Shown here: piece by piece, positions 10,901 through 19,018 of the stretch
How the letters are laid out: every line of letters begins with the position of its first letter
Position numbering within the stretch: position 1 is the first letter of the stretch
Origin: Barthelona sp. PAP020
Lineage: Eukaryota
Length of the DNA stretch: 39,198 bases
Reading direction: 5' to 3'
NCBI GenBank assembly: GCA_040182905.1
Contig: JARQWU010000069.1
Span: 1 to 39,198, forward strand
Translations under genes and position numbers: made by a program
Notes under the pieces: generated by a model
The model's input: only the letters and a program-made list of their open reading frames with translations
Databases searched by the model: none
What the model was told of the DNA's origin: nothing

Positions 10901-13900
10901 CTTATAAGGTTCCTGAAATTAATATGATAAGGGTGAGACAATTATTGGTTGATTTGATAATGTTAAATCGAGAGTATGCGAATCAATTGATTAACGAAGG
11001 ATCATTTTTTCAAGCTTATGAGTTATTGAATGAGAATTTTAGTTGGGCTGAGTATTTAGCAGATGAAAAGGTTTTAGGAAGCATTTGGAATGCTTTAGCA
11101 CAAACAGCCATATTATTATCTCGAAGAACCAGATATTATTTGAAGAAGATTCAAGAGGAACGAATAGAAAAGAATATTTTTCATGTTTCTGATCAAGATC
11201 ACAGCTTCCGACAGATTCAAATTGACCGGAATATTTGGGATAATCCAAAAATTCAAGAGATTTATCACCATGAAAATATTGATGTTTCAAGCAAGTTTTG
11301 TGATTTGGAATTAAGCTTTAAGTATCTATTGGAAGTGTATGAATTGTGTCCTTATGTACACGTTCCTATGAAGAATTTTTACTCAAGGTCAAAAGAAATA
11401 TTTCAAAGTTTTGGAACTTTTCTTGGGTACAAAGAACCCAAATATGTCATGGATTTTATATTTGTTGAACTGATGGAATATCCGACTGTATTGAAGATGC
11501 AATTTTTGGAACGATTGTTGGCCACTTTCTTTTTTGATTATCATGAGATGATACTTTCTTCAAAACTTAATTTAGATGAAATGAGAGCTAGATTGGGAAT
11601 GAAAACCACCCATTTTGACCTTGTTTTTGATACTGAAGAATTTCGATCACAAGATAATCTATTTAGTCCGCAAAATGATGTCGATATTCAAGCAGGAAAT
11701 TCTAATCGTATGAACGTGCTTAATTCAATTGCTTTTGATTTGGCTAAACGTGCCAGTGGGAAATTAACAACGGATGGATTAAACTTTCGTGATTCCATTG
11801 ATGAGGAAGTCGATGAATATGTTGATTATTCTGATTTGGACAAAAGGTCAAACAGTAATTTTAAGGGTAAAATAAACAGTCAATCATTTAACAATGATAT
11901 GAATGAAGTCCCAGGATTTATTAGTTCTGGTGTGGTAGTTGAAGACCCATTTGCACCACCTCCAAATTTCAATAAGAATCGAAGGAGATCTTCAATTGTT
12001 TTTGCACGTCGTACTTCGTTGATAGGAGAACGTCGTAAAAGTAACACGTCTGTTGGATCTACCAGTGAGTATGAAATGACTTCTGTCAGAATGAACTGTT
12101 CTCCTAAAATTGATGAAATTTGTAATGATGCAAATCAAGTCATTATTGAAAATTCTGAAGAAGATGAAGATGATTATGAAGAGGTCGAAGGTGAGAAAGA
12201 ATTTGGCTTCACTGTTGAAGAAACTCCAAATTCGACTGCGTGTGATAACAATAGTTTGGAAGAACAGAATATTGGAGAAATTGAAGAGGAAGAGGATGAT
12301 GAAGTAACGTTTGGTGGTACGTTGAACTTGGTAGATAATGGCTATGAAAGTGCAAGAACCAATTCCAGTGAGTTATCATTGACTAACGTTAAAAACTCTG
12401 AGCTAACGAGAATACATTCTGAAAAATTCGAAAACAATTTGAATAATTTGATGAATGTTGAGAAAGGATTGAAAGACACTGTTAAATCTCGAAAGAATTT
12501 GAACATAAATATAGCAAATATACAAAATAATTCTTATAGCAGTCGAGTTGATTCTTTGGAACAAATAAGTCCAGCACAGCTGTTTGAAAACATCACTAGC
12601 AAGATTGTAAATACGAATATTCAAGATAATCCCGAAGAGTTATTGGCCAATCACCCATTTTTGCCATTTGTTTGTTTTGAATTGGCAGAATTTTATCGCA
12701 AGAAAGATCAATTCTATGAAGCTAAAAATTTATATTTGGAAGCCTTAGATTATGGGGTATTGTTGTTTGAATCAGACGATTGTTTCTTTGAAAAGGTTTT
12801 TGATCGATTGGACGATGTTTGCATTCAATCTGAAAACCCTTACATATATTTAGGCTTCCTCAACAATGAGTTAACACGTTATGTTACTGATCTTAAACTT
12901 GAAAGTAATCATCGTCTCTTTTCATTGATTGGCAAATATAAGGAGAAGTTGCAAACTGATGAAACGGCTCTATTGCACTTCTTTTTTAGATTACGATATA
13001 ACAACGAAGTTCATAATAGGCATGCAATCCCTTCACGTATTCTTAATTTATATGATGAATATATTGAATTGTTCCGTGAGCGTAATTCAAAATCAGATGT
13101 TATTTTATTGTTGAGTCGGGCGTTGGAAGTTCAAGCTGAATTGCACAAGGGAGCTCAGGTTGTTGATCCCAGATATCTTGACACTTGGCACAAATATTGC
13201 GATTATCGGATTGAAGAGTTTGAAAATTCCAATGATCCAAATGTAATCGTGGATATAGCGGAAGATATTTTGGATCGTAGACCTTTGTTGCTGTCTCCTA
13301 ATAATCGTCGTGTTTTATATGTTTTTGATTGTTTTATGAAAGCGATGAGTGATGCAGAGAAATTAAGAGATGTAGAAAGAGGTATTTTAGACAGCCAGGC
13401 ATTTAAGTTTTTGTTCAATAGATTAAAGGATATTGAAAATCAAGTCGAAATGGTTGGTATTGATTTTCAAACTGATGTTGTATCTCCGATGAGATCTCCA
13501 CAAAATTTGAAAAATTTCAACAAAATTTTACAGAAATACCCTTTTTATCCTTCCATCATCCAACATTTGATTGATTATTTAGTCATTGCTCAAAAACCCA
13601 AAGAAGCGCTAGCAATGTGCAGAAGATTGCTAACTATCTTTTCAATAATCGGTGTTCAATCCAATCAATACATACAATTGTTTCACATCACTGTTAACAC
13701 ATTTTTTGCTCAAGGGCGTGGTAATAGAGACTTTGTTTTGTTTTTAGAAGGAGAGATTAGTACACGTTTGGATGTCTTGCCTCAACATCACATATTAATT
13801 AGACACATGGAAAAAGAAAAGGATGAAGCTGTGAAGAAGGGTAAAAAGTTTGAAAAATGGTTTGTTGCTGGGTTATATTATTTGTTTTATGCGTTTGTTG

Positions 13901-16821
13901 CTCTTATGATTTACATGTTTGCTCCGCCATTGAATGAAGTTTTAGGTTTTTGGGATGAAAAAACTGCTTGGACATATTTCTTAACTTGGACTGTTGAATT
14001 TGGCTTGTATCTATCAGCTGTATATCTCATTTCTTGGCCGCCATTACCTGCAGAATCAGATCGTGCAAGAATTTTGGCGGATCGAGAACGTGAAATGGCA
14101 TTAAAAGATGCAGCTTTATTAATTGCGTGTCACAATAGTTCTGGAATTATCGAAACCACATTGAAATCTGCCTTGAAAGTATTTAAACCAAACCAAATAT
14201 GGATATGTGATAATGCTAATAGTGAAACGCCCACTGATAATACAAAAGAGGTTCTTGATAGAATTTCACATACACACGCCAAATCTCTGGGAAAATCAAA
14301 ATTGACAAAAGAAGACTATATCAATTATGCTTGGGTTTCTGAAGGAAATAAAACATTGGCCTTGTGGTATGTCACGAGATATCATTGTAAGGCGAAATAC
14401 GTGATGATGACGGATGATGATGTGTTGTTACCACCAGATTTAGTTGTACCATTACATGAATTTGAAGAACCAAACACAAAAGCATTGGCTTTTACAATTA
14501 AAGCTGAAAATTTATTTGATAGACATGGTCAACCAAATATAATAGCTCATTTTCAGTCTTTGGAGTATGAATTGGCAGGGTTCAACAAACTATTTCAAGC
14601 CGAAATGGGTTCAGCTCTCTGTGCACATGGGGCTATCGCTATGTGGGATCGTGATGCATTATTAGAAGTGTTATGGAATCACAACACTGTTTTTAATGGA
14701 GAAGATCTGCAAATGGGTGTTATTTTACAATCTTTGAATCGTAATTATCGTATGGCCACAGTTGGTACTGTATGTGTGCCTACAACTGTACCTGATCATG
14801 CCATATGTAAAAGGTTATTGAATTGTAATTGTCCTCAAGGATTTTCTTTGTTAAGACAACGAGTTCGATCATGGGATCCTACTGCACATCGTTTTATTCC
14901 TACATTCTTGTATTTACTATTGTTCCACTGGCAGCGTAATACTTTAATCTTGAAACCTTTTATTCTCTATGAATTATGGACTTCTATTATGGATTGGATA
15001 CGTATTATTGTTATCAGTTATCTTGTTTGGGTCAGTCCCTTGACGTTTTTATGGGGTGCCTTTTCTGTTTACGGCGTTTATATCATGAATTTATGTTTAT
15101 TCAATTATTGGGTTTTACGCCATCGTACTGATTTGAAACTACCTTTCTATATTATTTTGATGTTCCCTTTGTATCGATATATGATATTATTATTCAGAAT
15201 GACTGCGTTACTGTACAACCTTATATATTATACTCCTTTCATTAGGAATAAAAAGCGTATTAGGGATCGTAGAGATTTACCACCATCACCTGAGGATTAT
15301 GACTTTTTGCATCAAAGAGAACGTGAAATTCAAGAACAAAAAAAGAATCATTTCTCTGAGATTGATGCAAATCCAGCAAAAATTGTCAATTTACAATTAG
15401 ATGATATTCGTTTGGAAGTAGAAGATGTTTCTAGACATAAAGAGAAGTATTTGAATAATGCTAAGCATTGGTATCGAGATATACTTCATCCTCTTTGGAA
15501 TGACCACAGTTTACCGGTCATTGTTGCTGGATTTTTACCACGTGAAAGAAGTGTCAAAGATTTAGTTAAAGAAAACGTGAAGAATTTTTACTTTACTATT
15601 AACTTCCAGTACAATTCGATTCAAATGCTATTCATTAACATAGTCTTAATTTTTAATGACATGAAACGATATTTATCAAATGATGATAAAATTGCTTTTG
15701 AAGTGGTAAAATGGCTTCAAATAGATTCGTTAACAAGAAACAGAACTGAGAATGTGGAATTGGAAACTAGTTTAAACATAGTAAGCAATTCCAAGGGGTT
15801 AAGCACTTTGCATTTTATCAAATGCGTTAGAGGTGCTTTTTTTATGTTGTTGGATACTGCAATTCCTTTTAGAATGCCTGATTCCCCAATTCAAACTTTA
15901 ATTATTGCACCTAATGATGATTTTCAAAAAGGTGGATTGTATATGGGAAGTGTTGGAGTTATTGAGACATCTGAAATACCTTTAACCAATGGAAATTTGA
16001 GAGAAATTCCTCATTTCCATTACTTGAAAAGCTTTATCATGTTTATTCCAGTTGATTTAAAAGGATTCATTGAGCAACATCCCGTTGAATATTGTGGTTG
16101 TGTAGTTTTACCTGAAGAGAACTTGATTATCTCTTTAATACCAAAAGAAGATCATATAAAGGTGGTTTCAGTTGTTTTGCATAATTTGGCTATTGTCAAT
16201 CCAGAGTTGTTGATTCATGCATCTGAGTTTTTATTCGTTAATTTAGATGATTGCAATTTGTCAGTATATTATTTCAACGATATTGAAAAGTTTAACAGAG
16301 ATTGGTTGTTTGAACAAGAAAAGAAGAAATCTTCAATTGGAAGAAGAGCATCAATAAGTGTTCAAAATCGTAGAAAAAGTATTGTTTCTGGTATATCAAT
16401 GAATAGTGCAATGATGATGAGTCTCGACTTTGGTGTGATGGCTGGAAATGGCGATTTGAATCCAAATAAATCAGTCAACTTTTTGAAAAAGTTGGATGAT
16501 GTTGCTCGATTGGACACAAATGTTCCTCCAATGATGGAAGAAAATACGGTAACGTTTGATGGATTATGGCTCAAACCTATTTTGGAAGTATTAAGAACTC
16601 CTGTTATTGTTGTGAATCATAAGAACTGTTTATTGGGTGATAAATATTTATTAGAAAAGAAGGAGTTCCACCGAAACAAATTAATCATATATGATTGCAT
16701 GGTGGATGCTCAACATGAAGAATTGATTCCAATTTTTGCGAAACAAGGCACTTCTTTGGAGGAAATGTGTCAACAATTGCTTTTATCAATGAAGCAACTG
16801 GCTTTGGAAGAAGCTCAATAA
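7972..16821 (+). CDS. Giant membrane protein with a processive family-2 glycosyltransferase (chitin/hyaluronan synthase-like) module and long TPR-like/acidic N-terminus
   Basis: Two TM segments (~13858-14040), then LLIACHN (14116), ICDN, GNK, TDDD (14410), QSLEYE, CAHGAIAMW, GEDLQM (14698), TTVP, QRVRSW (14857-14874), then further TM segments to ~15240. This is the D,D,D,QxxRW layout of processive GT2 synthases. Confidence 0.88.
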   Translation: MDNIADDSDNEFIAIDEPQRDLPDMNFQTANDDYDGIFFVNETGENFSDELYDNNNDNNDMDQFIVTESPAKPVVAQSFMNSPKISQNSSAFENKLDKKLENSKTFENSSKMIEKPLNENFMIANADSSADEAFEINDDEEEEEETDYMDNKLYLPVKGKDLKEFNVEIMNNESTSFSSPIPTKFLSGRLSNTAEAKGTLAAPSKKRATDGFMELAQRVRLAEVEIDEKNDVFDAGAKLKSLVNVKKILNKSDKLADINENIADAFDIEKARMAMRNDELRVEKFREVSICSVVIEELHRNEHGWEFIQKMYDTLQHDLDRLKEVMQEGDFDIEQDLLLTNESRSSSNSTWAEWFKKLGILSNESVLQKEASRLDIKQQFDESLEQIHLTKPAHLFDHVNPIIVDQIHNAEQQTPEIIMRRASNTFNADYFPSPEELESAYIKKLGVTVGNDITLVYKLLATAEAYEKFATLFQKVAEKSFSSYLLTECVAIWYGLRTTLYKFDFNLEPPPLSFCMDDDAWLNLKSKVFCHVGNMVNMHKRNSVIKQLGVYQGVNFHFSLLTSLCSSQQLFITELLEKEERVWNMLIKSVLEAYEEDILRIDELDSLHINSMISKLEPLYLLAPRADYSLPTYCMLVDTISLLTSSLIYRKYKENVSVLEMFDDGLFSFIFKLNSSIQVNSKPILLLSNTLNDFLSIEPMDNEKFVSPTVRDKYLEKRRLNFDSLSPEVKIFQDQVIIKIEQIYTSLLNNISHAETIADMSPMFGFVCNSLCLHRFDLERYQDAFSFALQAISFYLNILKVSKNTLKLLIEDENNEQRITIKRDIGKIKNEVLSLINYIEEVIEGPWHVLFHCMSMIRTNNQVFDFIRLVLSGIRDNEHNSLLIQQISSLYDDDEVLSEFIGVVPLLCYSQTIVKVSNHQFMQMRMKHPIQHMTAQINLITEALELFYYKEDSAKFKQDPFKKLPSLLRDINNIQVAYKVPEINMIRVRQLLVDLIMLNREYANQLINEGSFFQAYELLNENFSWAEYLADEKVLGSIWNALAQTAILLSRRTRYYLKKIQEERIEKNIFHVSDQDHSFRQIQIDRNIWDNPKIQEIYHHENIDVSSKFCDLELSFKYLLEVYELCPYVHVPMKNFYSRSKEIFQSFGTFLGYKEPKYVMDFIFVELMEYPTVLKMQFLERLLATFFFDYHEMILSSKLNLDEMRARLGMKTTHFDLVFDTEEFRSQDNLFSPQNDVDIQAGNSNRMNVLNSIAFDLAKRASGKLTTDGLNFRDSIDEEVDEYVDYSDLDKRSNSNFKGKINSQSFNNDMNEVPGFISSGVVVEDPFAPPPNFNKNRRRSSIVFARRTSLIGERRKSNTSVGSTSEYEMTSVRMNCSPKIDEICNDANQVIIENSEEDEDDYEEVEGEKEFGFTVEETPNSTACDNNSLEEQNIGEIEEEEDDEVTFGGTLNLVDNGYESARTNSSELSLTNVKNSELTRIHSEKFENNLNNLMNVEKGLKDTVKSRKNLNINIANIQNNSYSSRVDSLEQISPAQLFENITSKIVNTNIQDNPEELLANHPFLPFVCFELAEFYRKKDQFYEAKNLYLEALDYGVLLFESDDCFFEKVFDRLDDVCIQSENPYIYLGFLNNELTRYVTDLKLESNHRLFSLIGKYKEKLQTDETALLHFFFRLRYNNEVHNRHAIPSRILNLYDEYIELFRERNSKSDVILLLSRALEVQAELHKGAQVVDPRYLDTWHKYCDYRIEEFENSNDPNVIVDIAEDILDRRPLLLSPNNRRVLYVFDCFMKAMSDAEKLRDVERGILDSQAFKFLFNRLKDIENQVEMVGIDFQTDVVSPMRSPQNLKNFNKILQKYPFYPSIIQHLIDYLVIAQKPKEALAMCRRLLTIFSIIGVQSNQYIQLFHITVNTFFAQGRGNRDFVLFLEGEISTRLDVLPQHHILIRHMEKEKDEAVKKGKKFEKWFVAGLYYLFYAFVALMIYMFAPPLNEVLGFWDEKTAWTYFLTWTVEFGLYLSAVYLISWPPLPAESDRARILADREREMALKDAALLIACHNSSGIIETTLKSALKVFKPNQIWICDNANSETPTDNTKEVLDRISHTHAKSLGKSKLTKEDYINYAWVSEGNKTLALWYVTRYHCKAKYVMMTDDDVLLPPDLVVPLHEFEEPNTKALAFTIKAENLFDRHGQPNIIAHFQSLEYELAGFNKLFQAEMGSALCAHGAIAMWDRDALLEVLWNHNTVFNGEDLQMGVILQSLNRNYRMATVGTVCVPTTVPDHAICKRLLNCNCPQGFSLLRQRVRSWDPTAHRFIPTFLYLLLFHWQRNTLILKPFILYELWTSIMDWIRIIVISYLVWVSPLTFLWGAFSVYGVYIMNLCLFNYWVLRHRTDLKLPFYIILMFPLYRYMILLFRMTALLYNLIYYTPFIRNKKRIRDRRDLPPSPEDYDFLHQREREIQEQKKNHFSEIDANPAKIVNLQLDDIRLEVEDVSRHKEKYLNNAKHWYRDILHPLWNDHSLPVIVAGFLPRERSVKDLVKENVKNFYFTINFQYNSIQMLFINIVLIFNDMKRYLSNDDKIAFEVVKWLQIDSLTRNRTENVELETSLNIVSNSKGLSTLHFIKCVRGAFFMLLDTAIPFRMPDSPIQTLIIAPNDDFQKGGLYMGSVGVIETSEIPLTNGNLREIPHFHYLKSFIMFIPVDLKGFIEQHPVEYCGCVVLPEENLIISLIPKEDHIKVVSVVLHNLAIVNPELLIHASEFLFVNLDDCNLSVYYFNDIEKFNRDWLFEQEKKKSSIGRRASISVQNRRKSIVSGISMNSAMMMSLDFGVMAGNGDLNPNKSVNFLKKLDDVARLDTNVPPMMEENTVTFDGLWLKPILEVLRTPVIVVNHKNCLLGDKYLLEKKEFHRNKLIIYDCMVDAQHEELIPIFAKQGTSLEEMCQQLLLSMKQLALEEAQ

Positions 16822-16850
16822 AAAAATCCAAGTAAATATTTATTTTATTT

Positions 16851-17220
16851 ATTTCTATGCCAGAAGCACTGCACTGCACGTCATGAGAGAATAAAAAAGA
16901 ATGGTGTTTATTTGGTTAAAAGCTTTCGAGGCCCGATTGATCTGTTGAAAAACTTTAGATTTTCTAAGGTAAAGTTTAAACTTTACAATTTTGCTTTTAC
17001 AAAAATACAAAAAAATTGGAAGGAAGCAATTCTCCAAAATTTTCATGCTTGATCGTTCAAATTGCATTTTAGTCTCTCAATTATCCTTTTTGCGCTTTGG
17101 TTGAAGTTTGTTTGAGTGTTTTTTGTGAACTTACCGTATTGGTAGAAAAATATAGTTGTTTCACAACTGGATCAATTTTATTTATTCTCTTGTATGCACA
17201 GTGCTTCTTGGCCTAGAAGT
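16851..17220 (+). ncRNA. Candidate structured non-coding RNA A (unidentified, ends paired)
   Basis: Nested helices: 16851-16857/17214-17220; GCCAGAAGCACTG 16859-16871 / CAGTGCTTCTTGGC 17199-17212; AGAGAATAAA 16886-16895 / TTTATTCTCT 17181-17190; GATTGATCT 16935-16943 / GGATCAATT 17169-17177. Non-Watson-Crick positions are mostly G-U on the + strand. Confidence 0.55.
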
Positions 17221-17301
17221 TGTTTCTATTCTTTTCATGTAAAAAGCTTTCCAAGTTGACTCGAAAAAAAAAAAAAATGAGGGTTATTCACAAGCCTACA
17301 A

Positions 17302-17668
17302 CTTTTGGCGAATCGAAATTTTCCGATTCTTCCTTTTTCCCTCGAGGTACGGAACTTTTCCTTAACCTACCCCCAAATTTTTGACCTGCCACGGTGAATG
17401 TATGAAAACTTGCACAATTAGGATAAATTTTAAAAAATATCGGAGCGTTAAGCTCTTTTGAGCAATTAGTAATGCAATATTTCACACCCCGCGTAGGGCG
17501 TAGCTCTCCTACGAAAGCCTATGAAAGAGTAGGTCTCAAAAAAGAGAAGTTCCTTTCAAGAACGCTGGACCCCCCCGAAAAGAATAAAGATTAAGGTTTA
17601 TTATTTATTAGTCAACTGAGATTCTCAGTCTCTGATTTGGGAAAGTTCTGGAAAAGGTTCGCACAAGA
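17302..17668 (+). ncRNA. Candidate structured non-coding RNA B (unidentified, GC-enriched)
   Basis: CGGAACTTTTCC 17350-17361 / GGGAAAGTTCTG 17639-17650 (12 bp, 2 G-U); GCGAATC 17308-17314 / GGTTCGC 17656-17662. Local hairpins CGTAGG/CCTACG (17492-17513), GCCTA/TAGGT (17517-17534), ACTGAG/CTCAGT (17615-17629). Visibly higher GC than other spacers, and bounded by poly-A tracts. Confidence 0.5.
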
Positions 17669-17726
17669 CGAAAAAAAAAATAAAATGTTCTGTTTTACTA
17701 AACACAATTTGTTTTTGTTACTCTTC

Positions 17727-18629
17727 TTAATTCAAATGTTTGTAACAATTATAAGCATTGAAGAAAATCTCCAAAATACCGAAAACAACAGGAATTAAAT
17801 AATCTTCCTTATTTATTACCAACCACAATTGATAACCAACAAATTGTCCCGCAAATGTGGCAGCAATGAATAACAATATCAAAGCTAAAACGGAGGGTAA
17901 AATCAATGAAACGGGATAAGATATTAAAAAAATGCTTAATGAGTATCCGACTATACAAATACAATGGAAATATGTAGGCGTTTGAATCAACCAAATTTTC
18001 CCTGCAATAAACATAAATAGTGGCATAATAAATAGATGTCCCAATAAAGATAACGCAAAAGGTGTAATATCACCAAATCTGAAAATAAAAATTCCAGGTT
18101 CTGTCTTTAACACATTAATTTTCAAGTAACGAGCACCATTTGTACAGATAAGAGTTAAAAAGAAGAAGGTTATTGTCAACCAAAAGGGACCATAAAAATC
18201 TGGTTTTTCTTGAACCTTTTTATTCCACTCATTGTTTAAGGGTTTAAAACTACCAAAAAGGCGGTCCAAAAATTCATCAGTGTCAATATCAGCCAAAAAA
18301 CGGAACCTCTTCAAAGAAAACATGGAATCATCGTCATTCTGATTATTGTTATCTAAAGATTGTTCAATTTGTTTTTGAACTTCAGATTCAACAGCTTTTT
18401 GAGTAAAAGCACCAACAGCATTTTGAACAAAAGAGCCAGAATTATCATTGTCATTATTATAAGGTGTTCCTCCAATTGGTACATAATCATCATCTTTTTT
18501 AAAATTGGATGGAGGTAAATTGGTATTGGAAATAGTTGAAGTGGTAAATGAAGACGTTGAATTTCTTGCATTATTTCCACGAGATGTATCCATGGTTACA
18601 TCATTATTAAAGAAATCATCAAGATCCAT
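17727..18629 (-). CDS. YIPF1: Yip1-domain Golgi membrane protein, YIPF1/YIPF2-like
   Basis: DIDTDEFLDRL and KPDFYGPFWLTIT (family PDLYGPFW motif), CICIVGYSLSIFL, hydrophilic N-terminus and multi-TM C-terminus. Confidence 0.85.
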   Translation of the reverse strand: MDLDDFFNNDVTMDTSRGNNARNSTSSFTTSTISNTNLPPSNFKKDDDYVPIGGTPYNNDNDNSGSFVQNAVGAFTQKAVESEVQKQIEQSLDNNNQNDDDSMFSLKRFRFLADIDTDEFLDRLFGSFKPLNNEWNKKVQEKPDFYGPFWLTITFFFLTLICTNGARYLKINVLKTEPGIFIFRFGDITPFALSLLGHLFIMPLFMFIAGKIWLIQTPTYFHCICIVGYSLSIFLISYPVSLILPSVLALILLFIAATFAGQFVGYQLWLVINKEDYLIPVVFGILEIFFNAYNCYKHLN

Positions 18630-19018
18630 TTCTTTTGTTTCAAAAAAAAAAAGTCTAACCTTCGCTGATCTTCTTTTCCATTGGTTTTCAACAAATCTTC
18701 AATTTTTTCCTTTAAAAGTATACATCCTATTTATAATTTATTCAAAAAAATATATTTATTTCATTTGAAAGAAAAGAACTGTTCAAATTGAAATAATGAA
18801 ACCAAATACACATTTCATTAATTTTTCTTTATATCTTTTTCTTATTCAAAATTACACGTAATTAGATTGTATTTACCATCTAATGAGAGTTTCAATCTCC
18901 AATTATGATTTTGAAGATCATTTCCTTTTTCTTTTGAATTTGGGAAACAAATATTTTGCATAAATAACAAATAAATAACAGAAGTATATTAATGAAATAC
19001 AAATAAAAATTTATAAAA

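Noticed and set aside
16831..16837. AGTAAAT, a Giardia-type polyadenylation signal after the GT2 stop (AGTAAA also follows the YIPF gene at 17694-17699, minus strand)
   Set aside because: It is absent after the dynein-like, coiled-coil and COMM genes, and hexamers like this are common in AT-rich DNA.
17018..17028. GGAAGGAAGCA, identical to part of bacterial SRP RNA helix 8
   Set aside because: The required upstream CAGG strand is missing (AAAAAATT instead) and no Alu domain is evident.
17128..17200. U1-like pieces ACTTACC, GATCA and TGCAC
   Set aside because: No stems enclose the putative U1-70K and U1A loops, no Sm site follows at the right distance, and the bases are used in the rod helices.
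17203..17214. GCTTCTTGGCCT resembling the U2 snRNA 5' end
   Set aside because: It is not followed by GGCTAAGATCA or the GTAGTA branch-point recognition sequence.
16855..17485. Minus-strand ORFs 16855-17067 and 17288-17485 as protein genes
   Set aside because: They are short and have no motifs; the region is better explained by base-paired structure. Not fully excluded without RNA data.
17492..17534. Hairpin-GAAA-hairpin as a hammerhead ribozyme, or a group II intron (GTGCG on the minus strand near 17664)
   Set aside because: There is no CTGANGA core and no domain V.
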